Positions 16,443-25,689 are shown, numbered from the stretch's first letter. The stretch: DNA of 64,000 nt from Candidatus Gorgyraea atricola (GCA_030765235.1 JAVCCW010000025.1:240-64239); one strand, 5' to 3'. A program made the numbers and translations. Notes: a model not told the origin generated them from the sequence alone.

Positions 16443-16492
16443 TCCTGCGCTCAAATGGGACGAATCTTCGAAGCATGCTTCGGATGGCAAAC
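16443..16492 (+). other. Conserved tRNA 3'-trailer element, copy 1 (tcctgcgctcaaatgggacgaatcttcgaagcatgcttcggatggcaaacc)
   Basis: About 85% identical to 56824-56873 immediately after tRNA-Lys; the tRNA CCA plus tcc can pair with the downstream ggatgg; inner palindrome cgaagcatgcttcg. Confidence 0.55.
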
Positions 16493-16518
16493 CATTGACT
16501 TACGGAAGGTAGAAGACC

Positions 16519-17787
16519 ATGAAAAATATAGCTGCTGTAATTTTAGCTGCGGGCGAGGGTACGAGGATGCGTTCCTCGATCCCCAAAGTGCTTCATACTA
16601 TTTGCGGGAGGTCGATGATAGACTATCCGCTGCTTACCCTAAAATCTATCGGCATACAGAATATAGTAGTTGTGGTCGGCCACAGGTCTGGCCTGGTACA
16701 AGAAAATCTAACAGGAGTAAAATGCATTAAGCAGGATAAACTTCTTGGCACTGGAGACGCGGTCTTAAAGACGAAAAATGTTCTTTTAAAAGATAATAAA
16801 ATAGACATGGTTCTTATAACATGCGGGGACGTGCCTTTATTAAAGGCCGAGACATTGCGGAGGCTTATCTCAAGACACCTCTCTACGCGTTCTGGCTGTA
16901 CCCTTCTTACTTCTCATCTGAAGAACCCTACCGGTTATGGCAGAATTTTACGTTCTGGCAATGATAAGATCGTGAAGATAGTCGAAGAAGTGGATGCCTC
17001 GATCTATGAGAAGGTCACAGAAGAGATAAATGTAGGCGTGTATTGTTTTGATAAAGATGCGCTTTTTGACGCGCTCCAAGAAATAAAGCCAAACAATAGA
17101 AAAAAGGAATATTACCTGACAGATACAATAGAGATCCTGGCCAAATCAGGCATAGTAGTAGATTCTATATCCACTGATGAGACTGAAGAATTTTTGGGTG
17201 TTAATACGCGGAGTGACCTGATGCAGGCAGAGGAGGTTGTGAGGCGCAGGGTCCTGGCTGATATCATGCAGAAGGGCGTGAGCATCATTGACCCGAACAA
17301 TACCTATATACAGGAGGGCGTTGAGATAAAAAGGGACACGGTAATATATCCCTATACATTTATAGATAACGGTGTTAAAATAGGCCAGAAATGCAGCATC
17401 GGCCCGTTCGCGCGATTGCGGCAAGGTACTGTACTGGATGAGGAAGTCTCCATTGGAAACTTTGTGGAGATAGTGCGCTCTAAAGTAGGCAAGGCCACAA
17501 AGATCCGCCATCAGTGCTATATAGGCGATACTGTAATAGGCAAGCGCGTCAATATTGGCGCGGGCACAATAGTCGCAAATTACGACGGAAAGCATAAGCA
17601 TAAGACTGTCATTGATGACAATGCTTTTATAGGTACAGGCACTGTATTAATAGCGCCTGTCAAGATAGGCAAGGGTAGTGTGACTGGCGCTGGCAGCGTT
17701 GTCACCAAGAACCATAACGTACCTGCGGGCAGGACGGTGATCGGCGTGCCTGCGAAGATACTAAAAAGGACCAAACACTCTGTGTAA
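16519..17787 (+). CDS. glmU: Bifunctional UDP-N-acetylglucosamine pyrophosphorylase / glucosamine-1-phosphate N-acetyltransferase
   Basis: AAVILAAGEGTRMRS N-terminus; C-terminal left-handed beta-helix hexapeptide repeats. Confidence 0.88.
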   Translation: MKNIAAVILAAGEGTRMRSSIPKVLHTICGRSMIDYPLLTLKSIGIQNIVVVVGHRSGLVQENLTGVKCIKQDKLLGTGDAVLKTKNVLLKDNKIDMVLITCGDVPLLKAETLRRLISRHLSTRSGCTLLTSHLKNPTGYGRILRSGNDKIVKIVEEVDASIYEKVTEEINVGVYCFDKDALFDALQEIKPNNRKKEYYLTDTIEILAKSGIVVDSISTDETEEFLGVNTRSDLMQAEEVVRRRVLADIMQKGVSIIDPNNTYIQEGVEIKRDTVIYPYTFIDNGVKIGQKCSIGPFARLRQGTVLDEEVSIGNFVEIVRSKVGKATKIRHQCYIGDTVIGKRVNIGAGTIVANYDGKHKHKTVIDDNAFIGTGTVLIAPVKIGKGSVTGAGSVVTKNHNVPAGRTVIGVPAKILKRTKHSV

Positions 17788-17858
17788 TGTTTAATGTGTA
17801 ATGTGTAATGTACCAAGCTGCCCCAATTACATTACACCTTACACCTTACACATTACAC
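17782..17858 (+). repeat. Inverted pair of tandem 7-mer arrays: (gtgtaatgt / ttaatgt / gtaatgt x2) ... (acattac / accttac x2 / acattacac), forming a long hairpin between glmU and prs
   Basis: Read directly; arms 17782-17812 and 17828-17858 are reverse complements; the left arm overlaps the glmU stop codon. Confidence 0.7.
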
Positions 17859-17876
17859 AAGCAAAGTGAGGTAACC

Positions 17877-18821
17877 ATGAACAAGACCGCTTCTATTGTT
17901 ACAGGTAATTCCAATACGGCTCTGGCAAAAGAGATCGTAAAATACCTAAAGATGCCCCTTTCAAAGGCCATTGTAACTGTGTTTAGCGAGGGCGAGGTAT
18001 TCGTAAAAATAGAAGAGAATGTGCGCGGCAAGGACGTATTTATAGTACAGTCAACATGTCCTCCTGTAAATGATAATCTTATGGAACTATTGATATTGCT
18101 GGATGCATTAAAGAGGGCCTCTGCAAAGAGGATTACAGCGGTACTCCCTTATTTTGGATATGCTAGGCAGGACCGCAAGGACCAGCCGCGCGTTCCAATA
18201 ACCGCGAAGCTTGTGGCAAATCTTTTGACCACTGCAGGCGCGGACAGGGTACTTACAGTGGATCTGCACGCAGGCCAGATACAGGGTTTCTTTGATATAC
18301 CTGTGGATCATCTTTTTGCAGTTAATATATTCGTCAAATATTTTAAGCAGCTAAAGATCAAAGACATCACAGTCGCATCTCCAGATGTAGGCGGTATAAA
18401 AATGGCGCGGGGATATGCAAAGAGATTAGGCGCGCCATTGGCCATAGTGGATAAAAGAAGGGTTTCAGGAGAAGACACAGAGGTTATGAATATCCTGGGC
18501 GAGGAAGAGGTAAAGGGAAGACATGTATTGCTGGTAGATGATTTAGTGGCAACTGCTGGATCTCTTGTTGAGGCAGCAGGTGCGCTAAAGCGCGCAGGCG
18601 CAAAAGATGTCTATGCCGCGATCACACACCCTGTTTTGTCAGGCCCAGCAATACAACGCATAGAAAAATCAGCCATAAAGAAGCTGGTAGTAACAAACAC
18701 CATTCCTGTGGAGGATGGAAAAAAGCACAAAAAAATAAAAGTGCTATCCATAGCACCTCTTTTAGCAGAGGCAATAAAGAGGATACACAACGAGGAGTCA
18801 GTAAGCTGTTTATTCGACTGA
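17877..18821 (+). CDS. prs: Ribose-phosphate pyrophosphokinase (PRPP synthetase)
   Basis: ...IVTGNSNTALAKEI..., PRPP-binding VLLVDDLVATAGS; the ORF-track upstream extension (17808) runs through the repeat, so the ATG at 17877 with RBS gaggt is preferred. Confidence 0.88.
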   Translation: MNKTASIVTGNSNTALAKEIVKYLKMPLSKAIVTVFSEGEVFVKIEENVRGKDVFIVQSTCPPVNDNLMELLILLDALKRASAKRITAVLPYFGYARQDRKDQPRVPITAKLVANLLTTAGADRVLTVDLHAGQIQGFFDIPVDHLFAVNIFVKYFKQLKIKDITVASPDVGGIKMARGYAKRLGAPLAIVDKRRVSGEDTEVMNILGEEEVKGRHVLLVDDLVATAGSLVEAAGALKRAGAKDVYAAITHPVLSGPAIQRIEKSAIKKLVVTNTIPVEDGKKHKKIKVLSIAPLLAEAIKRIHNEESVSCLFD

Positions 18822-18825
18822 AAAT

Positions 18826-18879
18826 CGCGGAACCTACGCGGAAGCCGGCCTTCGGCCGGACGCGGAACTTACGCGGAAG
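18826..18879 (+). promoter_or_regulatory. 19-bp direct repeats (cgcggaacYtacgcggaag) flanking a GC hairpin ccggccttcggccgg, in the leader of rplY
   Basis: Direct repeats at 18826-18844 and 18861-18879; hairpin at 18845-18859. Confidence 0.5.
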
Positions 18880-18898
18880 ATTAACGGGGAGGAATTAA

Positions 18899-19630
18899 AT
18901 GGATTTCGTAGAATTACACGCGAGTTTGAGAGAAGGAACAGGTAAGGAGATCAACAAGAAATTAAGGAGCGGTGGCCTTGTGCCAGCGGTTGTCTATAAA
19001 AAAGGCGAGGATACCCAGTCCCTGAAGATAGACAAAAAAGAACTTTTTACAACCCTTCATACAGAGGCAGGAGAAAATGTTATAGTAAAGCTCTGTATAG
19101 ATGGCGCAAAAAAGAAAAAAGAACGCACTGTGATATTTAAAGATATACAAAGGGATCCCATAAAGGATATATTGTTGCACGTGGATTTCCAGGAGATATC
19201 TTTGACCGACACGCTCAAGGTAAAAGTGGCAATAGCAGCAAAAGGCGAGGCTATGGGAGTCAAGCAGGACGGCGGCGTACTGCAGCATGTGTTATGGGAA
19301 TTGGAGCTGGAGTGTCTGCCTACCAATATTCCTGAAAAGATCGAAGTGGATATAACTAACCTGAAGTTAGGCGAATCAATACATGTGAAAGACATCACCA
19401 TACCTGAAGACGTAAAGGTATTGGATGATCCTGAAGGCGTTGTCTTTAGCGTGGAACATCCTAAGAGCGTAGAGGATCTTGTGGCAGCGCCTGCTGAAGG
19501 AGAGTTGCTGGAGCCAGAGGTAATAAAGGAGAAGAAAGAGGTACCTGAGGAAGGCGAGGCAGCTGAAGGCGCAGAAAAACCAGCCCCAGCTAAGGAAGAG
19601 AAAAAGGCGGAAAAAAAAGAGGGAAAATAA
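18899..19630 (+). CDS. rplY: Ribosomal protein L25 / general stress protein Ctc, with an acidic KE-rich C-terminal tail
   Basis: Conserved position after prs and before pth; L25 beta-barrel N-terminus; long E/K-rich tail. Confidence 0.8.
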   Translation: MDFVELHASLREGTGKEINKKLRSGGLVPAVVYKKGEDTQSLKIDKKELFTTLHTEAGENVIVKLCIDGAKKKKERTVIFKDIQRDPIKDILLHVDFQEISLTDTLKVKVAIAAKGEAMGVKQDGGVLQHVLWELELECLPTNIPEKIEVDITNLKLGESIHVKDITIPEDVKVLDDPEGVVFSVEHPKSVEDLVAAPAEGELLEPEVIKEKKEVPEEGEAAEGAEKPAPAKEEKKAEKKEGK

Positions 19631-19647
19631 AGGAACGTTAGCTATAC

Positions 19648-20220
19648 ATGAAACTAATAGTCGGCCTTGGAAACCCCGGGGATAAATACGCTCTTACTCG
19701 ACACAACATAGGGTTTTTGATTTTAGAGGAATTCGCAGGCCAGAATGATATACGATTTAAATCCAATAGGCGCTTCAAGGCGCTTACAGGAGAAGGCGCT
19801 GTGGGTAAGGAAAATGTAATTCTTGCCATGCCCCAGACCTTCATGAATCTTTCAGGCCATTCTGTGCGTTCCATGGCGAACTGGCTCAAGATAAACTTGA
19901 GCGATATATTATTGGTAGTAGATGACATAGCGCTTGAATTTGGCGCGTTAAGAATAAGACCCAAGGGTTCCAGCGGTGGGCACAAGGGTCTGGGCTCAAC
20001 AATAGATGTTTTAGGCACGAATGAGTTTTCCAGGATGAGAATAGGCATCATGGGAAGAAAGGGCATAAAGGATTGTTCAAAATATGTCCTCAGTATGTTT
20101 ACAAAAAAAGAACGAACACTCTTACCAGATATCTTAAAACGCTCCTCTAGAGCGTGCGAGTGCTGGGCGAGACAGGGCGTTGATACAGCAATGAACAAAT
20201 ACAACGGAGGTCAAGGATGA
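19648..20220 (+). CDS. pth: Peptidyl-tRNA hydrolase
   Basis: MKLIVGLGNPG...HNIGF... motifs. Confidence 0.9.
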   Translation: MKLIVGLGNPGDKYALTRHNIGFLILEEFAGQNDIRFKSNRRFKALTGEGAVGKENVILAMPQTFMNLSGHSVRSMANWLKINLSDILLVVDDIALEFGALRIRPKGSSGGHKGLGSTIDVLGTNEFSRMRIGIMGRKGIKDCSKYVLSMFTKKERTLLPDILKRSSRACECWARQGVDTAMNKYNGGQG

Positions 20221-20501
20221 AGAGTTACGAGGCTATACTTATTGTTAAACCAGATCTTAGTCAGGACGGACTTGACAAGACGCTAAAACAGATCAAGGAT
20301 ATCTTTGCAAAGAATAAAGTATCTTCAGAAGATTTCAAAGAAATGGGCAAGCAAAGAATGGCTTTCCCTATAAAAAAATTCAAAGAGGGCGTGTATTATC
20401 TTGTGAATTTTGATATGGATCCTGCTGCGATAACCACGATCAAGCGCTCTTTTAATCTGAACGAGACGATATTAAGGACATTGATCATTAGCAAGGGGTG
20501 A
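20217..20501 (+). CDS. rpsF: 30S ribosomal protein S6
   Basis: MKSYEAILIVKPDL...; operon rpsF-ssb-rpsR-rplI. Confidence 0.88.
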   Translation: MKSYEAILIVKPDLSQDGLDKTLKQIKDIFAKNKVSSEDFKEMGKQRMAFPIKKFKEGVYYLVNFDMDPAAITTIKRSFNLNETILRTLIISKG

Positions 20502-20507
20502 TTACAC

Positions 20508-20546
20508 AGCAGCTTATAGCAGCTGTAGGGCACACTTTAGTGTGCC
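20508..20546 (+). repeat. REP-A element copy 2
   Basis: Identical to 15036-15074. Confidence 0.7.
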
Positions 20547-20574
20547 GAACAAGAGCAAGCAAGGGAGGATAAGG

Positions 20575-21009
20575 ATGGCCAGTTTTAATAAGGTATTTTT
20601 GATGGGGAATCTTACAAGGGATCCTGAACTGCGTTATGTACCTAGCGGAGCGCCTGTTGCCACATTTGGCCTGGCAGTGAATCGCAGATACGTGACACAG
20701 CAGGGAGAGAAAAAAGACGAAGTGTGTTTTGTCAGGATCGTAGTCTTTGGAAAACAGGCAGAAAGTTGTAGCCAATACTTGAATAAAGGCCGACTTGTTT
20801 TTATAGAAGGTCGCCTGCAGTATCGGTCATGGGAGCAGGAAGGTCAGAAGAGAAATTCGCTGGATGTTGTCGCAGACAGGGTCCAGTTTTTGGGCGCGCC
20901 ACGCTCGCAGGGTACCGGCGCGGATGTAGACTCTGCCAGCGAGATTCCAAAAGGCGGCGAGGTAACAGAGAGCGCGGGACTAAAAACGGATGAAGAGGCA
21001 CCATTCTAA
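20575..21009 (+). CDS. ssb: Single-stranded DNA-binding protein
   Basis: MASFNKVFLMGNLTRDPELRY...; RBS ggaggataagg; acidic C-terminal tail ...DEEAPF; the ORF-track start at 20542 lies inside the REP element. Confidence 0.88.
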   Translation: MASFNKVFLMGNLTRDPELRYVPSGAPVATFGLAVNRRYVTQQGEKKDEVCFVRIVVFGKQAESCSQYLNKGRLVFIEGRLQYRSWEQEGQKRNSLDVVADRVQFLGAPRSQGTGADVDSASEIPKGGEVTESAGLKTDEEAPF

Positions 21010-21026
21010 TTGAATAAGGAGGAGAA

Positions 21027-21323
21027 ATGCCAGGAGAGAGACGAGGTAGTTTTCAGAAGCAAAAGGGTAGATTCCAAAAGGGCAAAAAGAAGGGCCCAAA
21101 ACGAAAACTTTTTTTTAAGAAGAAGTTTTGCAAGTTTTGCGCGGATAAGGTAGATAGCGTAGATTACAAGGATGTGATGAAACTGAAAAGGTTTATCACT
21201 GAGAAAGGAAAGATCCTGCCGAACCGCATAACAGGGAATTGCGCCAAACACCAAAGGGTTGTAGCGCGTGCCATAAAACAGGCAAGATATGTCGCGCTTT
21301 TGCCATACGTGAGTGAAGGATAG
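21027..21323 (+). CDS. rpsR: 30S ribosomal protein S18
   Basis: ...[44 protein letters not shown]... Confidence 0.88.
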   Translation: MPGERRGSFQKQKGRFQKGKKKGPKRKLFFKKKFCKFCADKVDSVDYKDVMKLKRFITEKGKILPNRITGNCAKHQRVVARAIKQARYVALLPYVSEG

Positions 21324-21360
21324 ATTCCGAGGTAAGCGAAGCTCGAGGGGGATTTAAAAC

Positions 21361-21804
21361 ATGAAAGTAATACTGATAGAAGATGTCCAGAAGCTAGGGG
21401 TAATGGGTGAGGTGATCCAAGTCAAAGAAGGCTATGCCAGGAATTTTCTTTTTCCAAAGGATCTGGCAAAGCCGGCAACAGGCTCAAATATGAAGATAAT
21501 AGATGAGATAAAGAAAAAGAAGATACAGGCCCTTACGAAAGAGAAAAAAGAAGCAGAGGAACTCAAAGAAAAACTTTCACATGTCTCTTGCACTGTCTCT
21601 GTTGAGGCAGGGGATGATGATAGGCTTTTTGGAAGCGTGACCACGCAAGATATCTCAAAGGCCTTTGAGGAGGCAGGACTTTCTCTGGACAAGCGAAAGA
21701 TAATCCTTGAAGAACCAATAAAGAAACTCGGCGTCTATCACATTACTGTAAAGATCCATCCCGAAGTCACGGGAGCGGTGAAGGTGTGGGTGGTGAAAAA
21801 ATAA
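21361..21804 (+). CDS. rplI: 50S ribosomal protein L9
   Basis: MKVILIEDVQKLG...GYARNFLFP... Confidence 0.9.
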   Translation: MKVILIEDVQKLGVMGEVIQVKEGYARNFLFPKDLAKPATGSNMKIIDEIKKKKIQALTKEKKEAEELKEKLSHVSCTVSVEAGDDDRLFGSVTTQDISKAFEEAGLSLDKRKIILEEPIKKLGVYHITVKIHPEVTGAVKVWVVKK

Positions 21805-21805
21805 T

Positions 21806-23161
21806 ATGGACAAGATAGATATGCAATTAGAAAAAATGCCGCCGCAGAATTTAGAGGCGGAAATGGCAGCGTTGGGTTCTATGCTCATAGAAGAAAACGC
21901 CATTGCTGACGCCATAGATATCCTGGATGCGAGCTGCTTTTACAATGATGCGAATCGTAAGATCTTCGAATGCATGTTGCAGCTATACAGTAGCGGCAAG
22001 GCAGTTGACATAGTCACATTAATAGAGGAATTAAAAAAGACAGAAGACCTTGAGAGAATAGGCGGCGCTACTTATATAACAGGCCTTACTACAGTAGTGC
22101 CGACAGCCGCGAATGTGAAGCACTATGGCAGCATTGTAAGAGAAAAGAGCATACTGCGCAATCTGATATCTGTTTCTACGAATATTATCTCTGAAAGCTA
22201 TGACGCGCAGGGCGATGTGCGAAAGATCCTGGACAGGGCAGAGCGTACCATATTCGAGATCTCTTCCAGGAAGATGGATACGCATTTTTCTCCGATAAAA
22301 GAGGTAATAAAAGATAGCATCGAGACAATAGACAGGCTCTATCAGCAAAAGGCGCATGTAACTGGAGTCGCGACTGGCTTCAGTGATCTTGATGGTCTGA
22401 CAGCAGGACTGCATCCTTCAGACCTGATCATCTTTGCAGGCCGCCCGTCAATGGGTAAGAGCGCGCTCGTTACTTCTATGGCAGAACACATTGGCCTGGT
22501 TGAGAAAAAGCCGATCGCGATCTTTAGCCTTGAGATGTCCAAGGAACAGCTGGCACAAAGGATGCTCTGTGCTCACGCGCGCGTAAACGCACATAGCGTG
22601 AGGACAGGATTCCTGTCCCAGTCTGACTGGCCGCGTCTTACAAGCGCTGCAGGTAAGCTTTCAGACGCGCCTATTTTTATAGACGATACTGCTGGACTTT
22701 CCGTACTTGAATTAAGGGCAAAGGCAAGGCGATTAAAATCCCAGCAAGACATACAGATAATAATAGTGGACTATCTTCAGCTAATGCAGGGGCTGCCAGG
22801 TTCTGAGAATAGACAGCAGGAGATCTCAGAGATCTCCAGATCTTTAAAGGCGCTTGCAAGAGAATTAAACGTACCACTAATAGCAGTGAGTCAGCTCTCA
22901 AGGGCAGTGGAGTCGCGACAGGACCACAGGCCCCAGCTTTCAGATCTGCGGGAATCAGGCGCCATAGAGCAGGATGCGGATCTGGTAGGACTTTTATTAA
23001 GAGAAGAATACTATAGCCCTACACCGGAGAACAGAGGCATAGCAGAGCTTATTATTGCAAAGCAGCGCAATGGCCCTGTGGGCACAGTAAAGCTCACTTT
23101 TATCAAGGATTATGCGAGATTTGAAAACCTCACCATGGTGGCTGAGGAAGTAGTGGAGTAG
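21806..23161 (+). CDS. dnaB: Replicative DNA helicase DnaB
   Basis: PPQNLEAEMAALGSML..., Walker A AGRPSMGKSA, ...LIAKQRNGP... Confidence 0.9.
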   Translation: MDKIDMQLEKMPPQNLEAEMAALGSMLIEENAIADAIDILDASCFYNDANRKIFECMLQLYSSGKAVDIVTLIEELKKTEDLERIGGATYITGLTTVVPTAANVKHYGSIVREKSILRNLISVSTNIISESYDAQGDVRKILDRAERTIFEISSRKMDTHFSPIKEVIKDSIETIDRLYQQKAHVTGVATGFSDLDGLTAGLHPSDLIIFAGRPSMGKSALVTSMAEHIGLVEKKPIAIFSLEMSKEQLAQRMLCAHARVNAHSVRTGFLSQSDWPRLTSAAGKLSDAPIFIDDTAGLSVLELRAKARRLKSQQDIQIIIVDYLQLMQGLPGSENRQQEISEISRSLKALARELNVPLIAVSQLSRAVESRQDHRPQLSDLRESGAIEQDADLVGLLLREEYYSPTPENRGIAELIIAKQRNGPVGTVKLTFIKDYARFENLTMVAEEVVE

Positions 23162-23174
23162 TAGAAATACTATG

Positions 23175-23304
23175 AAAAAATCCCAATACTACCAATACTA
23201 CCAAATCCCCAATAAATCCCAATTTCAAAATCCCAAACATGGTTTTGGATTTGGGATTTTGGATTTATTTGGTAGTATTGGTATTTATTGGGATTTGGGA
23301 TTTT
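23175..23304 (+). repeat. About 130-bp imperfect palindrome built from aatccca / tgggatt units (arms roughly 23175-23237 and 23243-23304), between dnaB and bamA
   Basis: Read directly; the two arms are near reverse complements around a central atgg. Confidence 0.7.
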
Positions 23305-23315
23305 CTCAAGGTAGA

Positions 23316-23344
23316 TTGACATGTTAGTAGATATATGCTATATT
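23316..23344 (+). promoter_or_regulatory. Sigma70-like promoter for bamA (TTGACA-17-TATATT)
   Basis: Consensus -35 and good -10 with 17-bp spacing, about 14 nt upstream of the bamA start. Confidence 0.55.
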
Positions 23345-23357
23345 CGTTAATAATATA

Positions 23358-25679
23358 ATGATTAAAAAGACTTCTATAATACTCTTCGCGGTTTTATTTC
23401 TATTAGGGACATGTTTTTCTGTCTCTCTACTGGCCCAGGAAGAATCCTCTAAAAAAATTATTAAATATGTGGACGTAAAAAACAATAAAACTGTCTCAAG
23501 CGCAAAGATATTGGCTAAGCTAAAGACAAAAAGGGGAGATATATTTTTAGAAAAGGTGGTCAATGAAGACGTCAAGAGACTTTATCTCATGGGATATTTC
23601 AGTGATGTCAGCATTTCGATCGAAGAGGTCCAGGACGGCGTAGGCGTTATATTTACAGTCAAAGAAAAGCCGCCGCTCACATCCCTCAGGTTCATCGGCA
23701 ATAAGAGATTCAAGGAAGAAAAGTTAAAGACAGTTATTAAGTCAAAATTGAATGAATTTGCAGATGAAAGAAAACTTAAGCAGGACGCGGACGCCATAGA
23801 AGACCTCTATAAGCGCGCAGGCTACCCGTGGGTTAAGGTTACATACGAGGTGGAGACTGCTGAGGATGTAAACGAAGGCATAGCTATTTTCAGGATAGAT
23901 GAAAGTGTAAAGGCAGTTGTGAGAAAGATGAGCGTAATCGGGAATACCGCATTTAGCGATAAGCGTATATTAAAGGTCGTGAAGAGTCGGACATCCGGCA
24001 TGTTCCGCTCAGGTGTTTATAAAAAAGATGTAGTGGATGATGACATGGAGCGGATCAAGAATTTTTATAGAAGTGAAGGGTTTTTGGATGTCGATACTAG
24101 CTACGAAGTGGTATCCAGGGAAAAGGGAAAGAAGAAATGGATCGAGCTGGTGATACGACTTGAAGAGGGAAGAAGGTACATTGCTGGCGATGTCAAGATA
24201 GTCGGCAATTCTATTTTTTCAGATGAACAGCTAAAGGCCCTTTTAAAAGTAAGACCAGCAGATGTATTTACAGAGATGGCCCTGCACGGTGAGGTAGCAG
24301 CTATCCAGGAATATTATTTTGATAAAGGCTATATAATGGCTAAGGTAAAGCCGGATACACTCTTGAATCTAAGTACAGACAGGGTGGATGTCGTCTACAA
24401 TATCGTTGAGGGCGAGATCTGTTATGTAAATAAAGTCAATGTAAGAGGAAACACCAAGACAAAGGACATTGTGATCAGGAGAGAGTTAAGGCTTAATCCA
24501 GGCGATCAGTATGACGGTAAAAAGTTGCAGCGCAGTAAAGAACGTCTTTATAATCTTGGGTTTTTCGAGGACATAACATTTGACACAGAGGATACCGAAG
24601 TAGAAAACAAAAAAGACATGGTGGTAGAGGTAAAAGAGTCTAAGACAGGCGAGTTCAGTTTTGGAGGAGGCTTTTCTTCTGTAGATAAACTCATAGGCTT
24701 TATAGAAGTAGAGCAGAGGAATTTTGATATCTTGAATTTTCCGACATTTACAGGAGATGGCCAGGATCTTAAATTAAGGGCAGAGTTTGGCAGTGTGCGT
24801 AAAAATTATCTCCTGAGCTGGACTGAGCCGTGGATCTTTGATCGCCCTCTTAGTTTTGGATTTGATTTGTACGCCTCTGAGCGGAACAGAAGCGGATCTA
24901 CAGGCTATGCCTATGATGAGGAAAAACAAGGAGGCGCTTTAAGGCTGGGCAAGGAATTCAACGAATACCTGAGGGGTGATTTTGTATACAGGCTCGAGAC
25001 CGTTGATATATCTGATATATCTGCCACGGCGTCTCAGGAATTAAAAGATGAGCTGGGCGAAAAGACAGTCTCCAGTGTCTTGTTTCAGCTCACAAGAAAT
25101 ACCACGGATAATGCTTTTAATCCTACACAAGGCTATGTATTGACAGGCTATGTTGAAGTAGCTGGCGGCCTTATAGGAGGAGACAGGGACTTTGCAAAGT
25201 TTTTTGATTCTGGTAGCCACTATTCTAAAATAGGGCCTTTTGTCTTGGAGCTGAAGGCAAGAAGCGGTGTTGTCAGTTCATTTGGTGATTCAGGCAAGGT
25301 ACCTATATATGAGCGCTTTTTTGCTGGCGGTACTTATAGTATACGCGGGTATAAAGAGCGTGACGTCGGGCCAAAAGATATTTCAGGAGATGCAATAGGA
25401 GGCGGGAGCATGTTTGTAGCCAATGCAGAGATGACACTCCCCATAGTGACCAATATAAAAGGCGCGTTGTTTGTTGATGCAGGCAATGTGTGGGCAAGAC
25501 CTGACAGTAAACCGAAAAGCGGCACAGCTACAAGAGGACTAAAAGCAGGCGCAGGTGTTGGTGTTAGGATAAAGACTCCGATAGGGCCTGTTAAATTGGA
25601 TTTCGGATATCCTTTAAATCCAGAAACATGGCAGGAAGATCAGCCTAGATTTCATTTTAGTATGAGTAGGGGGTTTTAA
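23358..25679 (+). CDS. bamA: Outer membrane protein assembly factor BamA (Omp85)
   Basis: Signal peptide, POTRA-like repeats, C-terminal beta-barrel ending ...FHFSMSRGF. Confidence 0.88.
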   Translation: MIKKTSIILFAVLFLLGTCFSVSLLAQEESSKKIIKYVDVKNNKTVSSAKILAKLKTKRGDIFLEKVVNEDVKRLYLMGYFSDVSISIEEVQDGVGVIFTVKEKPPLTSLRFIGNKRFKEEKLKTVIKSKLNEFADERKLKQDADAIEDLYKRAGYPWVKVTYEVETAEDVNEGIAIFRIDESVKAVVRKMSVIGNTAFSDKRILKVVKSRTSGMFRSGVYKKDVVDDDMERIKNFYRSEGFLDVDTSYEVVSREKGKKKWIELVIRLEEGRRYIAGDVKIVGNSIFSDEQLKALLKVRPADVFTEMALHGEVAAIQEYYFDKGYIMAKVKPDTLLNLSTDRVDVVYNIVEGEICYVNKVNVRGNTKTKDIVIRRELRLNPGDQYDGKKLQRSKERLYNLGFFEDITFDTEDTEVENKKDMVVEVKESKTGEFSFGGGFSSVDKLIGFIEVEQRNFDILNFPTFTGDGQDLKLRAEFGSVRKNYLLSWTEPWIFDRPLSFGFDLYASERNRSGSTGYAYDEEKQGGALRLGKEFNEYLRGDFVYRLETVDISDISATASQELKDELGEKTVSSVLFQLTRNTTDNAFNPTQGYVLTGYVEVAGGLIGGDRDFAKFFDSGSHYSKIGPFVLELKARSGVVSSFGDSGKVPIYERFFAGGTYSIRGYKERDVGPKDISGDAIGGGSMFVANAEMTLPIVTNIKGALFVDAGNVWARPDSKPKSGTATRGLKAGAGVGVRIKTPIGPVKLDFGYPLNPETWQEDQPRFHFSMSRGF

Positions 25680-25689
25680 TTAAGGAGGT

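Noticed and set aside
17782-17858. CRISPR array
   Set aside because: The repeats are 7-10-nt units in tandem or inverted arrays with no 25-40-nt unique spacers, and there are no cas genes. No CRISPR array is present anywhere in the window.
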